DNA from: Eledone cirrhosa
Lineage: Eukaryota
Reading direction: 5' to 3'
NCBI GenBank assembly: GCA_964016885.1
Contig: CAXHJY010001633.1
Location: 1-64,000 of the forward strand
Length of the DNA: 64,000 nt
The translations under genes and the position numbers were made by a program. The first letter of the stretch is position 1. Each line of letters begins with the position of its first letter. Positions 1 through 17,129 of the stretch are shown here, piece by piece. A model generated the notes under the pieces. That model had not been told where the DNA came from and did no database searches. It saw only the letters and a program-made list of their open reading frames with translations.

Positions 1-3000
1 ATACACTCTATACTAAAACCCTACTATTACGACACTCCTATACTATAACACCTATATACACTCTAATACTATAACCCTATATACACTCTATACTATAACC
101 CTATATACACTCTATACTATAACACCTATATTACACTCTATACTATAACACTTATATACACTCTATACTATAACCCTATATACACTCTAGACTATAACCC
201 TATATACACTCTATACTATAACACCTATATACACTCTATACTATAACCCTAAATCACTCTAACTAAAACCCTATATACACTCATATTACCTATAACACCT
301 ATATACACTCTATACTATAACCCTATATACACTCTATACTATAACCCTATATACACTCTATACTATAACCCCTATATACACTCTATACTATAACCCTATA
401 TACACTCTATACTATAACCCTATATACACTCTATACTATAACCCTATATACAACTAACTATACTATAACCCAATATACACTCTATACTATAACCCTATAT
501 ACACTCTATACTAACCCTATAACACTATACTATAACACCTATACACACTCTATACTATAACACTATATACACTCTATACTATACACTATTTCTTACTATA
601 ACCCTATATACACTCTATACTATAACACCTATATACACTCTATACTATAACCCCTATATACAACTCTATACTATAACACCTATATACACTCTATACTATA
701 ACCCTATTTACACTCTATACTATACCCTATATACACTCTATACTATAACACCTATACACACTCTATACTATAACACCTATAACACTCTATACTATAACAC
801 CTATATACACTCTATACTATAACCCTATATACACTCTACTATAACCCTATACACTCTAACTATAACACCTATATACACCTCTATACTATAACCCTATATA
901 CACTCTATACTATAACCCTATATACACTCTATACTATAACACCTATACACACTCTATACTATAACACCTTATACACTCTATACTATAACACCTATGTATA
1001 CCCTCCTATACTATAACCCTATATACACTCTATACCTATAACACCTATATACACTCTTAATACTATAACCCTATATACACTCTATACTATAACACCCTAT
1101 ATACACTCTATACTATAACCCTATATACACTCTATACTATAACCCTATATACACTCTATACTATAACACCTATACACCACTCTATACTATAACACCTATA
1201 TACATTCTATACTATAACACCTTTATACACTCTATACTATAACCCTATATACACTCTATACTATAACCCTATATACACTCTATAACTATAACACCTTATA
1301 CACACTCTATACTATAACCCTATATACACTCTATACTATAACCCTATATACACTCTATACTATAACCCTATATACACTCTATACTATAACACCTATATAC
1401 ACTCTATACTATAACCCTATATACACTCTATACTATAACCCTATATACACTCTATACTATAACACCTATATACACTCTATACTATAACACCTATATACAA
1501 TCTATACTATACCCTATATACACTATATACTATAACGCTATATACACTCTATACTATAACACCTATATACACTCTATACTATAACACCTATATACACTCT
1601 ATACTATAACCCTATATACACTCTATACTATAACCCAATATACACTCTATACTATAACACCTATATACACTCTATACTATAACACCTATACACTCTATAC
1701 TATAACCCTATATACACTCTATACTATAACCCTATATACACTCTATACTATAACACCTATATACACTCTATACTATAACACCTATATACAATCTATACTA
1801 TAACCCTATATACACTCTATACTATACCCTATATACACTCTATACTATAACATCTATATACACCTCTATAACTAATAACACCTATATACACTCTATACTA
1901 TAACCCTATATACACTCTATACTATAACCCTATATACACTCTATACTATAACACCTATATACACTCTATACTATAACCCTATATACACTCTATATACTAA
2001 AACCCTATATACACTCTTATACTATAACACCTATATACACTCTATACTATAACACCTATATACACTCTTACTATAACCCTATATACACTCTATACTATAA
2101 CCCTATATACACTCTATACTATAACACCTATATACACTCTATACTATAACCCTATATACACTCTATACTATAACCCTATATACACTCTATACTATAACAC
2201 CTATATACACTCTATACTATAACCCTATATACACTCTATACTATAACACCTATATACACTCTATACTATAACACCTATATACACTCTATACTATAACCCT
2301 ATATACACTCTATACTATAACCCTATATACACACTATTACTATAACACCTATACACACTCTATACTATAACACCTATATACACTCTATACTATAACCCTA
2401 TATACACTCTATAACTATAACCCTATATATACTCTATACTATAACACCTATACACACTCTATACTATAACACCTATACACACTCTATACTAATAAACACC
2501 TATATACACTCTATACTATAACCCTATATACACTCTATACTATAACACCTATATACGCTCTATACTATAACCCTATATACACTCTATCCTATAACCCTAT
2601 ATACACCTCTATACTATAACCCTATATACACTCTATACTATAACCCTATATACACTCTATACTATAACACCTATATACACTCTATACTATAACCCTATAT
2701 ACACTCTTTACTATAACCACTATATACACTCTATACTATAACACCTATACACACTCCTATACTATAACACCTATATACACTCTATACTATAACACCTATG
2801 TATACTCTATACTATAACCCTATATACACTCTATACTATAACACCTATATACACTCTATACTATAACCCCTATATACACTCTATACTATACCACCTATAT
2901 ACACTCTATACTATAACCCTATATACACTCTATACTATAACCCTATATACACTCTATACTATAACACCTATACACACTCTATACTATAACACCTATATAC

Positions 3001-6000
3001 ACTCTATACTATAACACCTATATAACACTCTATACTATAACCCTATATACACTCTATACTATACCCTATATACACTCTATACTATAACACCTATATACAC
3101 TCTATACTATAACCCTATATACACTCTATAACTATAACCCTATATACACTCTATACTATAACACCTATACACACTCTATACTATAACACCTATATACACT
3201 CTATACTATAACACCTATGTATACTCTATACTATAACCCTATATACACTCTATACTATAACACCTATATACACTCTATACTATAACCCTATATACACTCT
3301 ATACTATAACACCTATATACACTCTATACTATAACCCTATATACAACTCTATACTATAACCCTATATACACTCTATACTATAACACCTATACACACTCTA
3401 TACTATAACACCTATATACATTCTATACTATAACACCTATATACACTCTATACTATAACCCTATATACACTCTATACTATAACCCTATATACACTCTATA
3501 CTATAACACCTATACACACTCTATACGATAACACCTATATACACTCTATACTATAACCCTATATCCACTCTATACTATAACCCTATATACACTCTATTAT
3601 ATAAAAAATACTATAACACCTATACACACTCTACTATAAACCCTATATACACTCTATACTATAACCCTATATACACTCTATACTATAACACCTATATACA
3701 TCTCTATACTATAACACCTATATACACTCTATACTATAACCCTATATACCCTCTATACTATAACCCTATATACACTCTATACTATAACACCTATATACAC
3801 TCTATACTATAACACCTATATACATCTATACTATAACCCTATATACACTATATACTATAACCCTATATACACTCTATACTATAACACCTATATACACTCT
3901 ATACTATAACACCTATATACACTCTATACTATAACCCTATATACACTCTATACTATAACCCTATATAGACTCTATACTATAACACCTATATACACTCTAT
4001 ACTATAACCCTATATACACTCTATACTATAACCCTATTACACTCTATACTATAACACCTATATACACTCTATACTATAACACTTATATACACTCTAATAC
4101 TATAACCCTATATACACTCTATACTATAACCCTATATACACTCTATACTATAACACCTATATACACTCAATACTATAACACCTATATACACTCTATACTA
4201 TAACACCCTATATACACTCTATACTATAACCCTATATACACTCTATACTATAACCCTATATACACTCTATACTATAACCCTATATACACTCTATACTATA
4301 ACCCTATATACACTCTATACTATAACACCTATATACACTCTAATACTATAACCCTATATACACTCTATACTATAACCCTATATACACTCTATACTATAAC
4401 CCTATATACACTCTATACTATAACCCTATATACACTCTATACTATAACACCTATATACACTCTATACTATAACCCTATATACACTCTATACTATAACCCT
4501 ATATACACTCTATACTATAACACCTATACACACTCTATACTATAACACCTATATACACTCTATACTATAACACCTATGTATACTCTATACTATAACCCTA
4601 TATACACTCTATACTATAACACCTATATACACTCTATACTATAACCCTATATACACTCTATACTATAACACCTATATACACTCTATACCTATAACCCTAT
4701 ATACACTCTATACTATAACCCTATATTACACTCTATACTATAACACCTATACACACTCTATACTATAACACCTATATACACTCTATACTATAACACCTAT
4801 ATACACTCTATACTATAACCCTATATACACTCTATACAATAACACCTATATACACTCTATACTATAACCCTATATACACTCTATACTATAAACCCTATAT
4901 ACACTCTATACTATAACACCTATACACACTCTATACTATAACACCTATATACACTCTATACTATAACACCTATGTATACTCTATACTATAACCCTATATA
5001 CACTCTATACTATAACACCTATATACACTCTATACTATAACCTATATACACTCTATACTATAACACCTATATACACTCTATACTATAACCCTATATACAC
5101 TCTATACTATAACCCCTATATACACTCTATACTAAAACACCTATACACACTCTATACTATAACACCTATATACATTCTATATTATAACACCTATATACAC
5201 TCTATACTATAACCCTATATACACTCTATACTATAACCCTATATACACTCTATACTATAACACCTATACACACTCTATACGATAACACCTATATACACTC
5301 TATACTATAACCCTATATCCACTCTATACTATAACACCTATACACACTCTATACTATAACACCTATATACACTCTATACTATAACACCTATGTATACTCT
5401 ATACTATAACCCTATATACACTCTATACTATAACACCTATATACACTCTATACTATAACCCTATATACACTCTATACTATAACACCTATATACACTCTAT
5501 ACTATAACCCTATATACACTCTTATACTATAACCCTATATACACTCTATACTATAACACCTATACACACTCTATACTATAACACCTATATACATTCTATA
5601 CTATAACACCTATATACACTCTATACTATAACCCTATATACACTCTATACTATAACCCTATATACACTCTATACTATAACACCTATACACACTCTATACG
5701 ATAACACCTATATACACTCTATACTATAACCCTATATCCACTCTATACTATAACCCTATATACACTCTATACTATAACACCTATACACACTCTATACTAT
5801 AACCCTATATACACTCTATACTATAACCCTATATACACTCTATACTATAACACCTATATACACTCTATACTAATAACACCTATATAACAACTCTATACTA
5901 TAACCCTATATACACTCTATACTATAACCCTATATACACTCTATACTATAACACCTATATACACTCTATACTATAACACCTATATACAATCTATACTATA

Positions 6001-9000
6001 ACCCTATATACACTATATACTATAACCCTATATACACTCTATACTATAACACCTATATACACACTCTATACTATAACACCTATATACACTCTATACTATA
6101 ACCCTATATACACTCTATACTATAACCCTATATACACTCTATACTATAACACCTATATACACTCTATACTATAACACCTATATACACTCTATACTATAAC
6201 CCTATATACACTCTATACTATAACCCTATATACACTCTATACTATAACACCTATATACACTCTATACTATAACACCTATATACAATTTATACTATACCCT
6301 ATATACACTACTATACTATAACCCTATATACACTCTATACTATAACATCTATATACACTCTATACTATAACACCTATATACACTCTATATACTATAACCC
6401 TATATACACTCTATACTATAACCCTATATACACTCTATACTATAACACCTATATACACTCTATACTATAACCCTATATACACTCTATACTATAACCCTAT
6501 ATAACACTCTATACTATAACACCTATATACACTCTATACTATAACACCTATATACACTCTATACTATAACCCATATACACTCTATACTATAACCCTATAT
6601 ACACTCTATACTATAACACCTATATACACTCTATACTATAACCCTATATACACTCTATACTATAACCCTATATACACTCTATACTATAACACCTATATAC
6701 ACTCTATACTATAACCCTATATACACTCTATACTATAACACCTATATACACTCTATACTATAACACCTATATACACTCTATACTATAACCCTATATACAC
6801 TCTATACTATAACCCTATATACACACTATACTATAACACCTATACACACTCTATACTATAACACCTATATACACTCTATACTATAACCCTATATACACTC
6901 TATACTATAACCCTATATATACTCTATACTATAACACCTATACACACTCTATACTATAACACCTATACACACTCTATACTATAACACCTATATACACTCT
7001 ATACTATAACCCTATATACACTCTATACTATAACACCTATAATACACTCTATACTATAACCCTATATACACTCTATACTATAACCCTATATACACTCTAT
7101 ACTATAACCCTATATACACTCTATACTATAACCCTATATACACTCTATACTATAACACCTATATACACTCTATACTATAACCCTATATACACTCTATACT
7201 ATAACCCTATATACACTCTATACTATAACACCTATACACACTCTATACTATAACACCTATATACACTCTATACTATAACACCTATGTATACTCTATACTA
7301 TAACCCTATATACACTCTATACTATAACACCTAATACACTCTATACTATAACCCTATATACACTCTATACTATAACACCTATATACACTCTATACTATAA
7401 ACCCTATATACACTCTATACTATAACCCTATATACACTCTATACTATAACACCTATACACACTCTATACTATAACACCTATATACACTCTATACTATAAC
7501 ACCTACTACTACACTCTATACTATAACCCTATATACACTCTATACTATAACCCTATATACACTCTATACTATAACACCTATATACACTCTATACTATAAC
7601 CCTATATACACTCTATACTATAACCCTATATACACTCTATACTATAACACCTATACACACTCTATACTATAACACCTATATACACTCTATACTATAACCC
7701 CTATGATACTACTCTATACTATAACCCTATATACACTCTATACTATAACACCTATATACACTCTATACTATAACCCTATATACACTCTATACTATAACAC
7801 CTATATACACTCTATACTATAACCCTATATACACTCTATACTATAACCCTATATACACTCTATACTATAACACCTATACACACTCTATACTATAACACCT
7901 ATATACACTTCTATACTATAACACCTATATACACTCTATACTATAACCCTATATACACTCTATACTATAACCCTATATACACTCTATACTATAACACCTA
8001 TACACACTCTATACGATAACACCTATATACACTCTATACTATAACCCTATAATCCACTCTATACTATAACCCTATATACACTCTATACTATAACACCTAT
8101 ACACACTCTATACTATAACCCTATATACACTCTATACTATAACCCTATATACACTCTATACTATAACACCTATATACACTCTATACTATAACACCTATAT
8201 ACACTCTATACTATAACCCTATATACACTCTATACTATAACCCTATATACACTCTAATACTATAACACCTATATACACTCTATACTATAACACCTATATA
8301 CAATCTATACTATAACCCTATATACACTATATACTATAACCCTATATACACTCTATACTATAACACCTATATACACTCTATACTATAAACACCTATATAC
8401 ACTCTATACTATAACCCTATATACACTCTATACTATAACCCTATATAGACTCTATACTATAACACCTATATACACTCTATACTATAACCCTATATACACT
8501 CTATACTATAACCCCTTATATACACTCTATACTATAACACCTATATACACTCTATACTATAACACTTATATACCACTCTATACTATAACCCTATATACAC
8601 TCTATACTATAACCCTATATACACTCTATACTATAACACCTATATACACTCTATACTATAACACCTATATACACTCTATACTATAAACCCTATAAACACT
8701 CTATACTATAACCCTATATACACTCTTACTATAACCCTATATACACTCTATACTATAACCCTATATACACTCTATACTATAACCCTATATACACTCTATA
8801 CTATAACACCTATATACACTCTATACTATAACCCTATATACACTCTATACTATAACCCTATATACACTCTATACTATAACCCTATATACACTCTATACTA
8901 TAACCCTATATACACTCTATACTATAACACCTATATACACTCTATACTATAACCCTATATACACTCTATACTATAACCCTATATACACTCTATACTATAA

Positions 9001-12000
9001 CACCTATACACACTCTATACTATAACACCTTATATACACTCTATACTATAACACCTATGTATTACTCTATACTATAACCCTATATACACTCTATACTATA
9101 ACACCTATATACACTCTATACTATAACCCTATATACACTCTATACTATAACACCTATATACACTCTATACTATAACCCTATATACACTCTATACTATAAC
9201 CCTATATACACTCTATGACTATAACCCTATACACACTCTATACTATAACACCTATATACACTCTATACTATAACACCTATATACACTCTATACTATAACA
9301 CCTATATACACTCTATACTATAACCCTATATACACTCTATACTATACACCTATATACACTCTATACTATAACCCTATATACACTCTATACTATAACCCAT
9401 ATATACACTCTATACTATAACACCTATACACACTCTATTACTATAACACCTATATACACTCTATACTATAACACCTATGTATACTCTATACTATAACCCT
9501 ATATACCACTCTATACTATAACACCTATATACACTCTATACTATAACCCTATATACACTCTATACTATAACACCTATATACACTCTATACTATAACCCTA
9601 TATACACTCTATACTATACCCCTATATACACTCTATACTATAACACCTATACACACTCTATACTATAACACCTATATACATTCTATACTATAACACCTAT
9701 ATACACTCTATACTATAACCCTATATACACTCTATACTATAACCCCTATATACACTCTATACTATAACACCTATACACACTCTATACGATAACACCTATA
9801 TACACTCTATACTATAACCCTATATCCACTCTATACTATAACCCTATATACACTCTATACTATAACACCTATACACACTCTATACTATAACCCTATATAC
9901 ACTCTATACTATAACCCTATATACACTCTATACTATAACACCTATATACACTCTATACTATAACACCTATATACACTCTATACTATAACCCTATATACAC
10001 TCTATACTATAACCCTATATACACTCTATACTATAACACCTATATACACTCTATACTATAACACCTATATACAATCTATACTATAACCCTATATACACTA
10101 TATACTATAACCCTATATACACTCTATACTATAACACCTATATACACTCTATACTATAACACCTATATACACTCTATACTATAACCCTATATACACTCTA
10201 TACTATAACCCTATATAGACTCTATACCTATAACACCTATATACACTCTATACTATAACCCTATATACACTCTATACTATAACCCTATATACACTCTATA
10301 CTATAACACCTATATACACTCTATACTATAACACCTATATACACTCTATACTATAACCCTATATACACTCTATACTATAACCCTATATACACTCTATACT
10401 ATAACACCTATATACACTCTATACTATAACACCTATATACACTCTATACTATAACCCTATACACTCTATACTATAACCCTATATACACTCTATACTATAC
10501 ACCTATACACACTCTATACTATAACACCTATATACACTCTATACTATTACCCTATATACACTCTATACTATAACCCTATATACACTCTATACTATAACAC
10601 CTATACACACTCTATACTATAACCCTATTACACTCTATACTATAACCTTATATACACTCTATACTATAACACCCATATACACTCTATACTATAACACCTA
10701 TATACACTCTATACTATAACCCTATATACACTCTATACTATAACCCTATATACACTCTATACTATAACACCTATATACACTCTATACTATAACACCTATA
10801 TACACTCTATACTATAACACCTATATACACTCTATACTATAACACCTATATACACTCTATACTATAACCCTATATACACTCTATACTATAACCCTATATA
10901 CACTCTATACTATAACACCTATATACACTCTATACTATAACACCTATATACACTCTATACTATAACCCTATATACACTCTATACTATAACCCTATATACA
11001 CTCGATACTATAACACCTATATACACTCTATACTATAACACCTATATACACTCTATACTATAACCCTATATTACACTCTATACTATAACCCTATATACAC
11101 TCTATACTATAACACCTATATACACTCTATACTATAACCCTATATACACTCTATACTATAACCCTATATACACTCTATACTATAACACCTATATACACTC
11201 TATACTATAACCCTATATACACTCTATACTATAACACCTATATACACTCTATACTATAACACCTATATACACTCTATACTATAACCCTATATACACTCTA
11301 TACTATAACCCTATATACACTCTATACTATAACACCTATATACACTCTATACTATAACACCTATATGCACTCTATACTATAACCCTATATACACTCTATA
11401 CTATAACCCTATATATACTCTATACTATAACACCTATACACAATCTATACTATAACCCTATATACACTCTATACTATAACCCTATATACACTCTATACTA
11501 TAACACCTATATACACTCTATACTATAACACCTATATACACTCTATACTATAACCCTATATACACTCTATACTATAACCCTATATACACTCTATACTATA
11601 ACACCTATATACACTCTATACTATAACCCTATATACACTCTATACTATAACCCTATATACACTCTATACTATAACACCTATATACACTCTATACTATAAC
11701 CCTATATACACTCTATACTATAACACCTATATACACTCTATACTATAACACCTATATACACTCTATACTATAACCCTATATACACTCTATACTATAACCC
11801 TATATACACACTATACTATAACACCTATACACACTCTATACTATAACACCTATATACACTCTATACTATAACCCTATATACACTCTATACTATAACCCTA
11901 TATATACTCTATACTATAACACCTATACACACTCTATACTATAACACCTATACACACTCTATACTATAACACCTATATACACTCTATACTATAACCCTAT

Positions 12001-14940
12001 ATACACTCTATACTATAACACCTATATACACTCTATACTATAACCCTATATACACTCTATACTATAACCCTATATACACTCTATACTATAACCCTATATA
12101 CACTCTATACTATAACCTATATACACTCTATACTATAACACCTATATACACTCTATACTATAACCCTATATACACTCTATACTATAACCCTATATACACT
12201 CTATACTATAACACCTATATACACTCTATACTATAACACCTATATACAACTCTATACTATAATCCTATATACACTCTATACTATAACCCTATATACACTC
12301 TATACTATAACACCTATATACACTCTTTACTATAACACCTATATACACTCTAATACTATAACCCTATATACACTCTATACTATAACCCTATATACACTCT
12401 ATACTATAACACCTATATACACTCTATACTATAACCCTATATACACTCTATACTATAACCCTATATACACTCTATACTATAACACCTATATACACTCTAT
12501 ACTATAACCCTATATACACTCTATACTATAACACCTATATACACTCTATACTATAACACCTATATACACTCTATACTATAACCCTATATACACTCTATAC
12601 TATAACCCTATATACACTCTATACTATAACACCTATATACACTCTATACTATAACACCTATATACACTCTATACTATAACCCTATATATACTCTGTACTA
12701 TAACACCTATACACACTCTATACTATAACCCTATATACACCCTATACTATAACCCTATATACACTCTATACTATAACACCTATATACACTCTATACTATA
12801 ACACCTATATACACTCTATACTATAACCCTATATACACTCTATACTATAACCCTATATACACTCTATACTATAACACCTATATACACTCTATACTATAAC
12901 ACCTATATACACTCTATACTATAACCCTATATACACTCTATACTATAACCCTATATACACTCTATACTATAACACCTATATACACTCTATACTATAACCC
13001 TATATACACTCTATACTATAACCCTATATACACTCTATACTATAACACCTATATACACTCTATACTATAACACCTATATACACTCTATACTATAACCCTA
13101 TATACACTCTATACTATAACCCTATATACACTCTATACTATAACACCTATATACACTCTATACTATAACACCTATATACACTCTATACTATAACCCTATA
13201 TACACTCTATACTATAACCCTATATACACTCTATACTATAACACTTATACACACTCTATACTATAACACCTATATACACTCTATACTATAACCCTATATA
13301 CACTCTATACTATAACCCTATATACACTCTATACTATAACACCTATACACACTCTATACTATAACCCTATATACACTCTATACTATAACCCTATATACAC
13401 TCTATACTATTACACCTATATACACTCTATACTATAACACCTATATACACTCTATACTATAACCCTATATACACTCTATACTATAACCCTATATACACTC
13501 TATACTATAACACCTATATACACTCTATACTATAACACCTATATACACTCTATACTATAACCATATATACACTCTATACTATAACCTTATATACACTCTA
13601 TACTATAACACCTATATACACTCTATACTATAACACCTATATACACTCTATACTATAACCCTATATACACTCTATACTATAACCCTATATACACTCTATA
13701 CTATAACACCTATATACACTCTATACTATAACACCTATATACACTCTATACTATAACCCTATATACACTCTATACTATAACCCTATATACACTCTATACT
13801 ATAACACCTATATACACTCTATACTATAACACCTATATACACTCTATACTATAACCCTATATACACTCTATACTATAACCCTATATACACTCTATACTAT
13901 AACACCTATATACACTCTATACTATAACCCTATATACACTCTATACTATAACCCTATATACACTCTATACTATAACACCTATATACACTCTATACTATAA
14001 CCCTATATAAACTCTATACTATAACACCTATATACACTCTATACTATAACACCTATATACACTCTATACTATAACCCTATATACACTCTATACTATAACC
14101 CTATATACACTCTATACTATAACACCTATATACACTCTATACTATAACACCTATATACACTCTATACTATAACCCTATATACACTCTATACTATAACCCT
14201 ATATATACTCTATACTATAACACCTATACACACTCTATACTATAACCCTATATACACTCTATACTATAACCCTATATACACTCTATACTATAACACCTAT
14301 ATACACTCTATACTATAACACCTATATACACTCTATACTATAACCCTATATACACTCTATACTATAACCCTATATACACTCTATACTATAACACCTATAT
14401 ACACTCTATACTATAACACCTATATACACTCTATACTATAACCCTATATACACTCTATACTATAACCCTATATACACTCTATACTATAACACCTATATAC
14501 ACTCTATACTATAACACCTATATACACTCTATACTATAACCCTATATACACTCTATACTATAACCCCATATACACTCTATACTATAACCCTATATACACT
14601 CTATACTATAACCCTATATATACTCTATACTATAACCCTATATACACTCTATACTATAACCCTATATACACTCTATACTATAACCCTATATACACTCTAT
14701 ACTATAACACCTATATACACTCTATACTATAACCCTATATACACTCTATACTATAACCCTATATACACTCTATACTATAACACCTATATACACTCTATAC
14801 TATAACCCTATATACACTCTATACTATAACCCTATATACACTCTATACTATAACCCTATATACACTCTATACTATAACCCTATATACACTCTATACTATA
14901 ACCCTATATACACTCTATACTATAACCCTATATACACTCC
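1..14940. repeat. Tandem array of interspersed 24-bp and 25-bp units (about 600 copies); candidate telomeric or terminal repeat
   Basis: Units TAACCCTATATACACTCTATACTA (24) and TAACACCTATATACACTCTATACTA (25) are read directly. The + strand is almost G-free. The - strand reads TATAGGGTTATAGTATAGAGTGTA toward base 1. The array runs off the window start and ends abruptly at about 14940. Confidence 0.97.
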
Positions 14941-15172
14941 GTACCTCTTCTATTCTCCTCTTCTTTGCCCACTACTTCCTGAGAGTGTTGCGGTGGCAGA
15001 GTCCTGAAACACTTCTTCCAGCTGGTCCTGTCAGAAGCAACCATCTCCAACTGATCTGGCTGGATTCCCAAGCGTGACCAGCTCATGTTATCTAACGTTC
15101 TTTCTCTTCTTCTACCCCTGGCTCTCCTACCAGTTGATTTAGCCCGTAAAATCTGTTCAGCGATTCTTTCCT
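14941..15172 (-). mobile_element. 3'-terminal fragment of an RTE-clade (Rex3/Expander-like) LINE ORF
   Basis: Manual minus-strand translation: ERIAEQILRAKSTGRRARGRRRERTLDNMSWSRLGIQPDQLEMVASDRTSWKKCFRTLPPQHSQE. This fits the RTE C-terminal signature GxRxRGRPxxRW...WxRLGI...VAxDRxxW...LPP. It has no start codon, so it is absent from the ORF track. Confidence 0.8.
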
Positions 15173-16252
15173 AAGACTTTCTAACCCCACGTGATTACAC
15201 CTTATACTTTAACCCCTAATACACTATACACTTTTTACTTCTTAAATGGTATTATGTGTATTGAAGGTGATTTCTGATATGCAACCCCCCAAAAAATTAT
15301 GAGATGACTAAACTGTGAAGTGAACGCACGTCTCTGATATGATATCCCCTCCCCAAAACATATAATTATCTATTCTTCTATTGATTTGAGATTGACTTTC
15401 ATAACGTTCCTGTATAGTTATCTGAACCTGATCATTTCCCTTAGTTATGTCTTACAGCGTTGTCTCCCTTACCATCCGATTATTTCACTGCAGAGTTATT
15501 TCCCATTTGTACATCATTTGTATTTGTTATATATTTAACAAGTGCCGATTTCTTGTAGTCTTTTTATTGCCTCATGTGGGATGTTAAATGCTGCGATACC
15601 GCCAGCGACAATCTGGTGCGTTCGACTCCCAGCCCAGGCTTCGCTTCTAGTCAGGCTGAAGAGGACAAACTGTCAAAGTATCTGCCGCTCTCCCATAAGC
15701 TTGTGGCAGTGGAGTCTTCTGACGTTCTTTGCCAACACCTTTCGACCACATCCTTACTCACTTCTATCAGGGCAGAGTTGGCTACCCGTGGTGGAATAGC
15801 TGTTTCAGCGTGTCTTCCTCGCCATACTCAGAAGTAATGTCTTCTCCATCCTGTCTGCCGAGACGAAGAGGTGCAATGGATATCTAGCGCGACAGGTGCT
15901 GTGAAACTGGGTAGACCAGCAGTACCGTTGGTAGGGGTCGAAACTGCCAAAGTCAACCTCAACGACCGATGAACCTGGAGTTCTGTGTCCCCTGGCTGCA
16001 TGTTTATTTATTTTAAAATAGTCTTTTAAGGTTACACAACAGTTAGTTCACCATAGCGAGAATAATTGTTTCACCTTAGCGGATCCTCAGCTCGTAATGG
16101 ACCTGGTTATAGGAACAGGAAGGATATACTCCACCTGGATCCTCACATTTAACTTGGGATGTTTCATGTTGTTGAGTGCTTACCTCAGGGTACTTCAAGA
16201 TCTACCAATTGGGGTATATAATGCCCTAACAGCATATAATGTAATATAACAT

Positions 16253-16254
<2 letters not shown>

Positions 16255-16333
<79 letters not shown>
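16255..16333. repeat. (TA)n microsatellite
   Basis: Direct read. Further (TA)n tracts lie near 18905-18950, 20195-20250, 20545-20570, 20868-20935, 21410-21513, 22021-22080, 22312-22336 and 22673-22712. Confidence 0.97.
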
Positions 16334-16334
<1 letters not shown>

Positions 16335-16739
16335 TGGTAAACGGAAAAGAAAATGCTGACAAATTGTTCACAGTGAAAAATAGTTTAATTAGGAATAAGT
16401 GAGAATTAGTAATAGTATTGTTTAGTATTCAGTTTTGGTGATAAGTTTTACCGGTTGCGCATTTCTAATGCTTTTCAAAAATAATTTTGAGATAGAGCGT
16501 CCGTGAAGTTTGCTCTGATCTGGTTAGTTTTGGAAATTCTACCTGTTTTATGTGAAAAAAGTGGCTCCAGATGTATTAAAATAAGTTTTGCGCCAATTCG
16601 TGTTGCAAAAATTCTTGTGGTCAAAACAATTTTGATTGGTCGGTAGAGGTCATGTGAATGTTAAAAATTGATTTTGCGCCAAATGTAGGTTTGTGTCGGC
16701 TGATTGAGAAGTCACTGAAAAATAAGTCTTTCAAAACAA

Positions 16740-16741
<2 letters not shown>

Positions 16742-16777
<36 letters not shown>

Positions 16778-16990
16778 TAGTAGTAGTAAAGAGGTTCGTT
16801 GTTGTGATAATGGTCAGCAGGGATGTGTGTGCGAACCGCAGCCTGTTGACAGTTCAAATGCCTATTAAGACAAGTGTGTGTAGCAGAGTAATTCGTGGTA
16901 GAGGGATGGTCAGTAGGAATGTGTCTGTAAGTGTGTGGGGGATATTTTAACATGTTAAAAGATATTTTTCAGCTCTTGTCTTATACGGAG

Positions 16991-17028
<38 letters not shown>

Positions 17029-17092
17029 CTCTTTGTATGTTAATGTACGCGTGTGTATGTGTGTGTGTATATATGTGTGTGTGTGTGTATAT

Positions 17093-17129
<37 letters not shown>

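Noticed and set aside
1-1300. Biological divergence of the distal repeat units
   Set aside because: Scattered single-base indels are more simply explained by low-coverage consensus error at a contig end.
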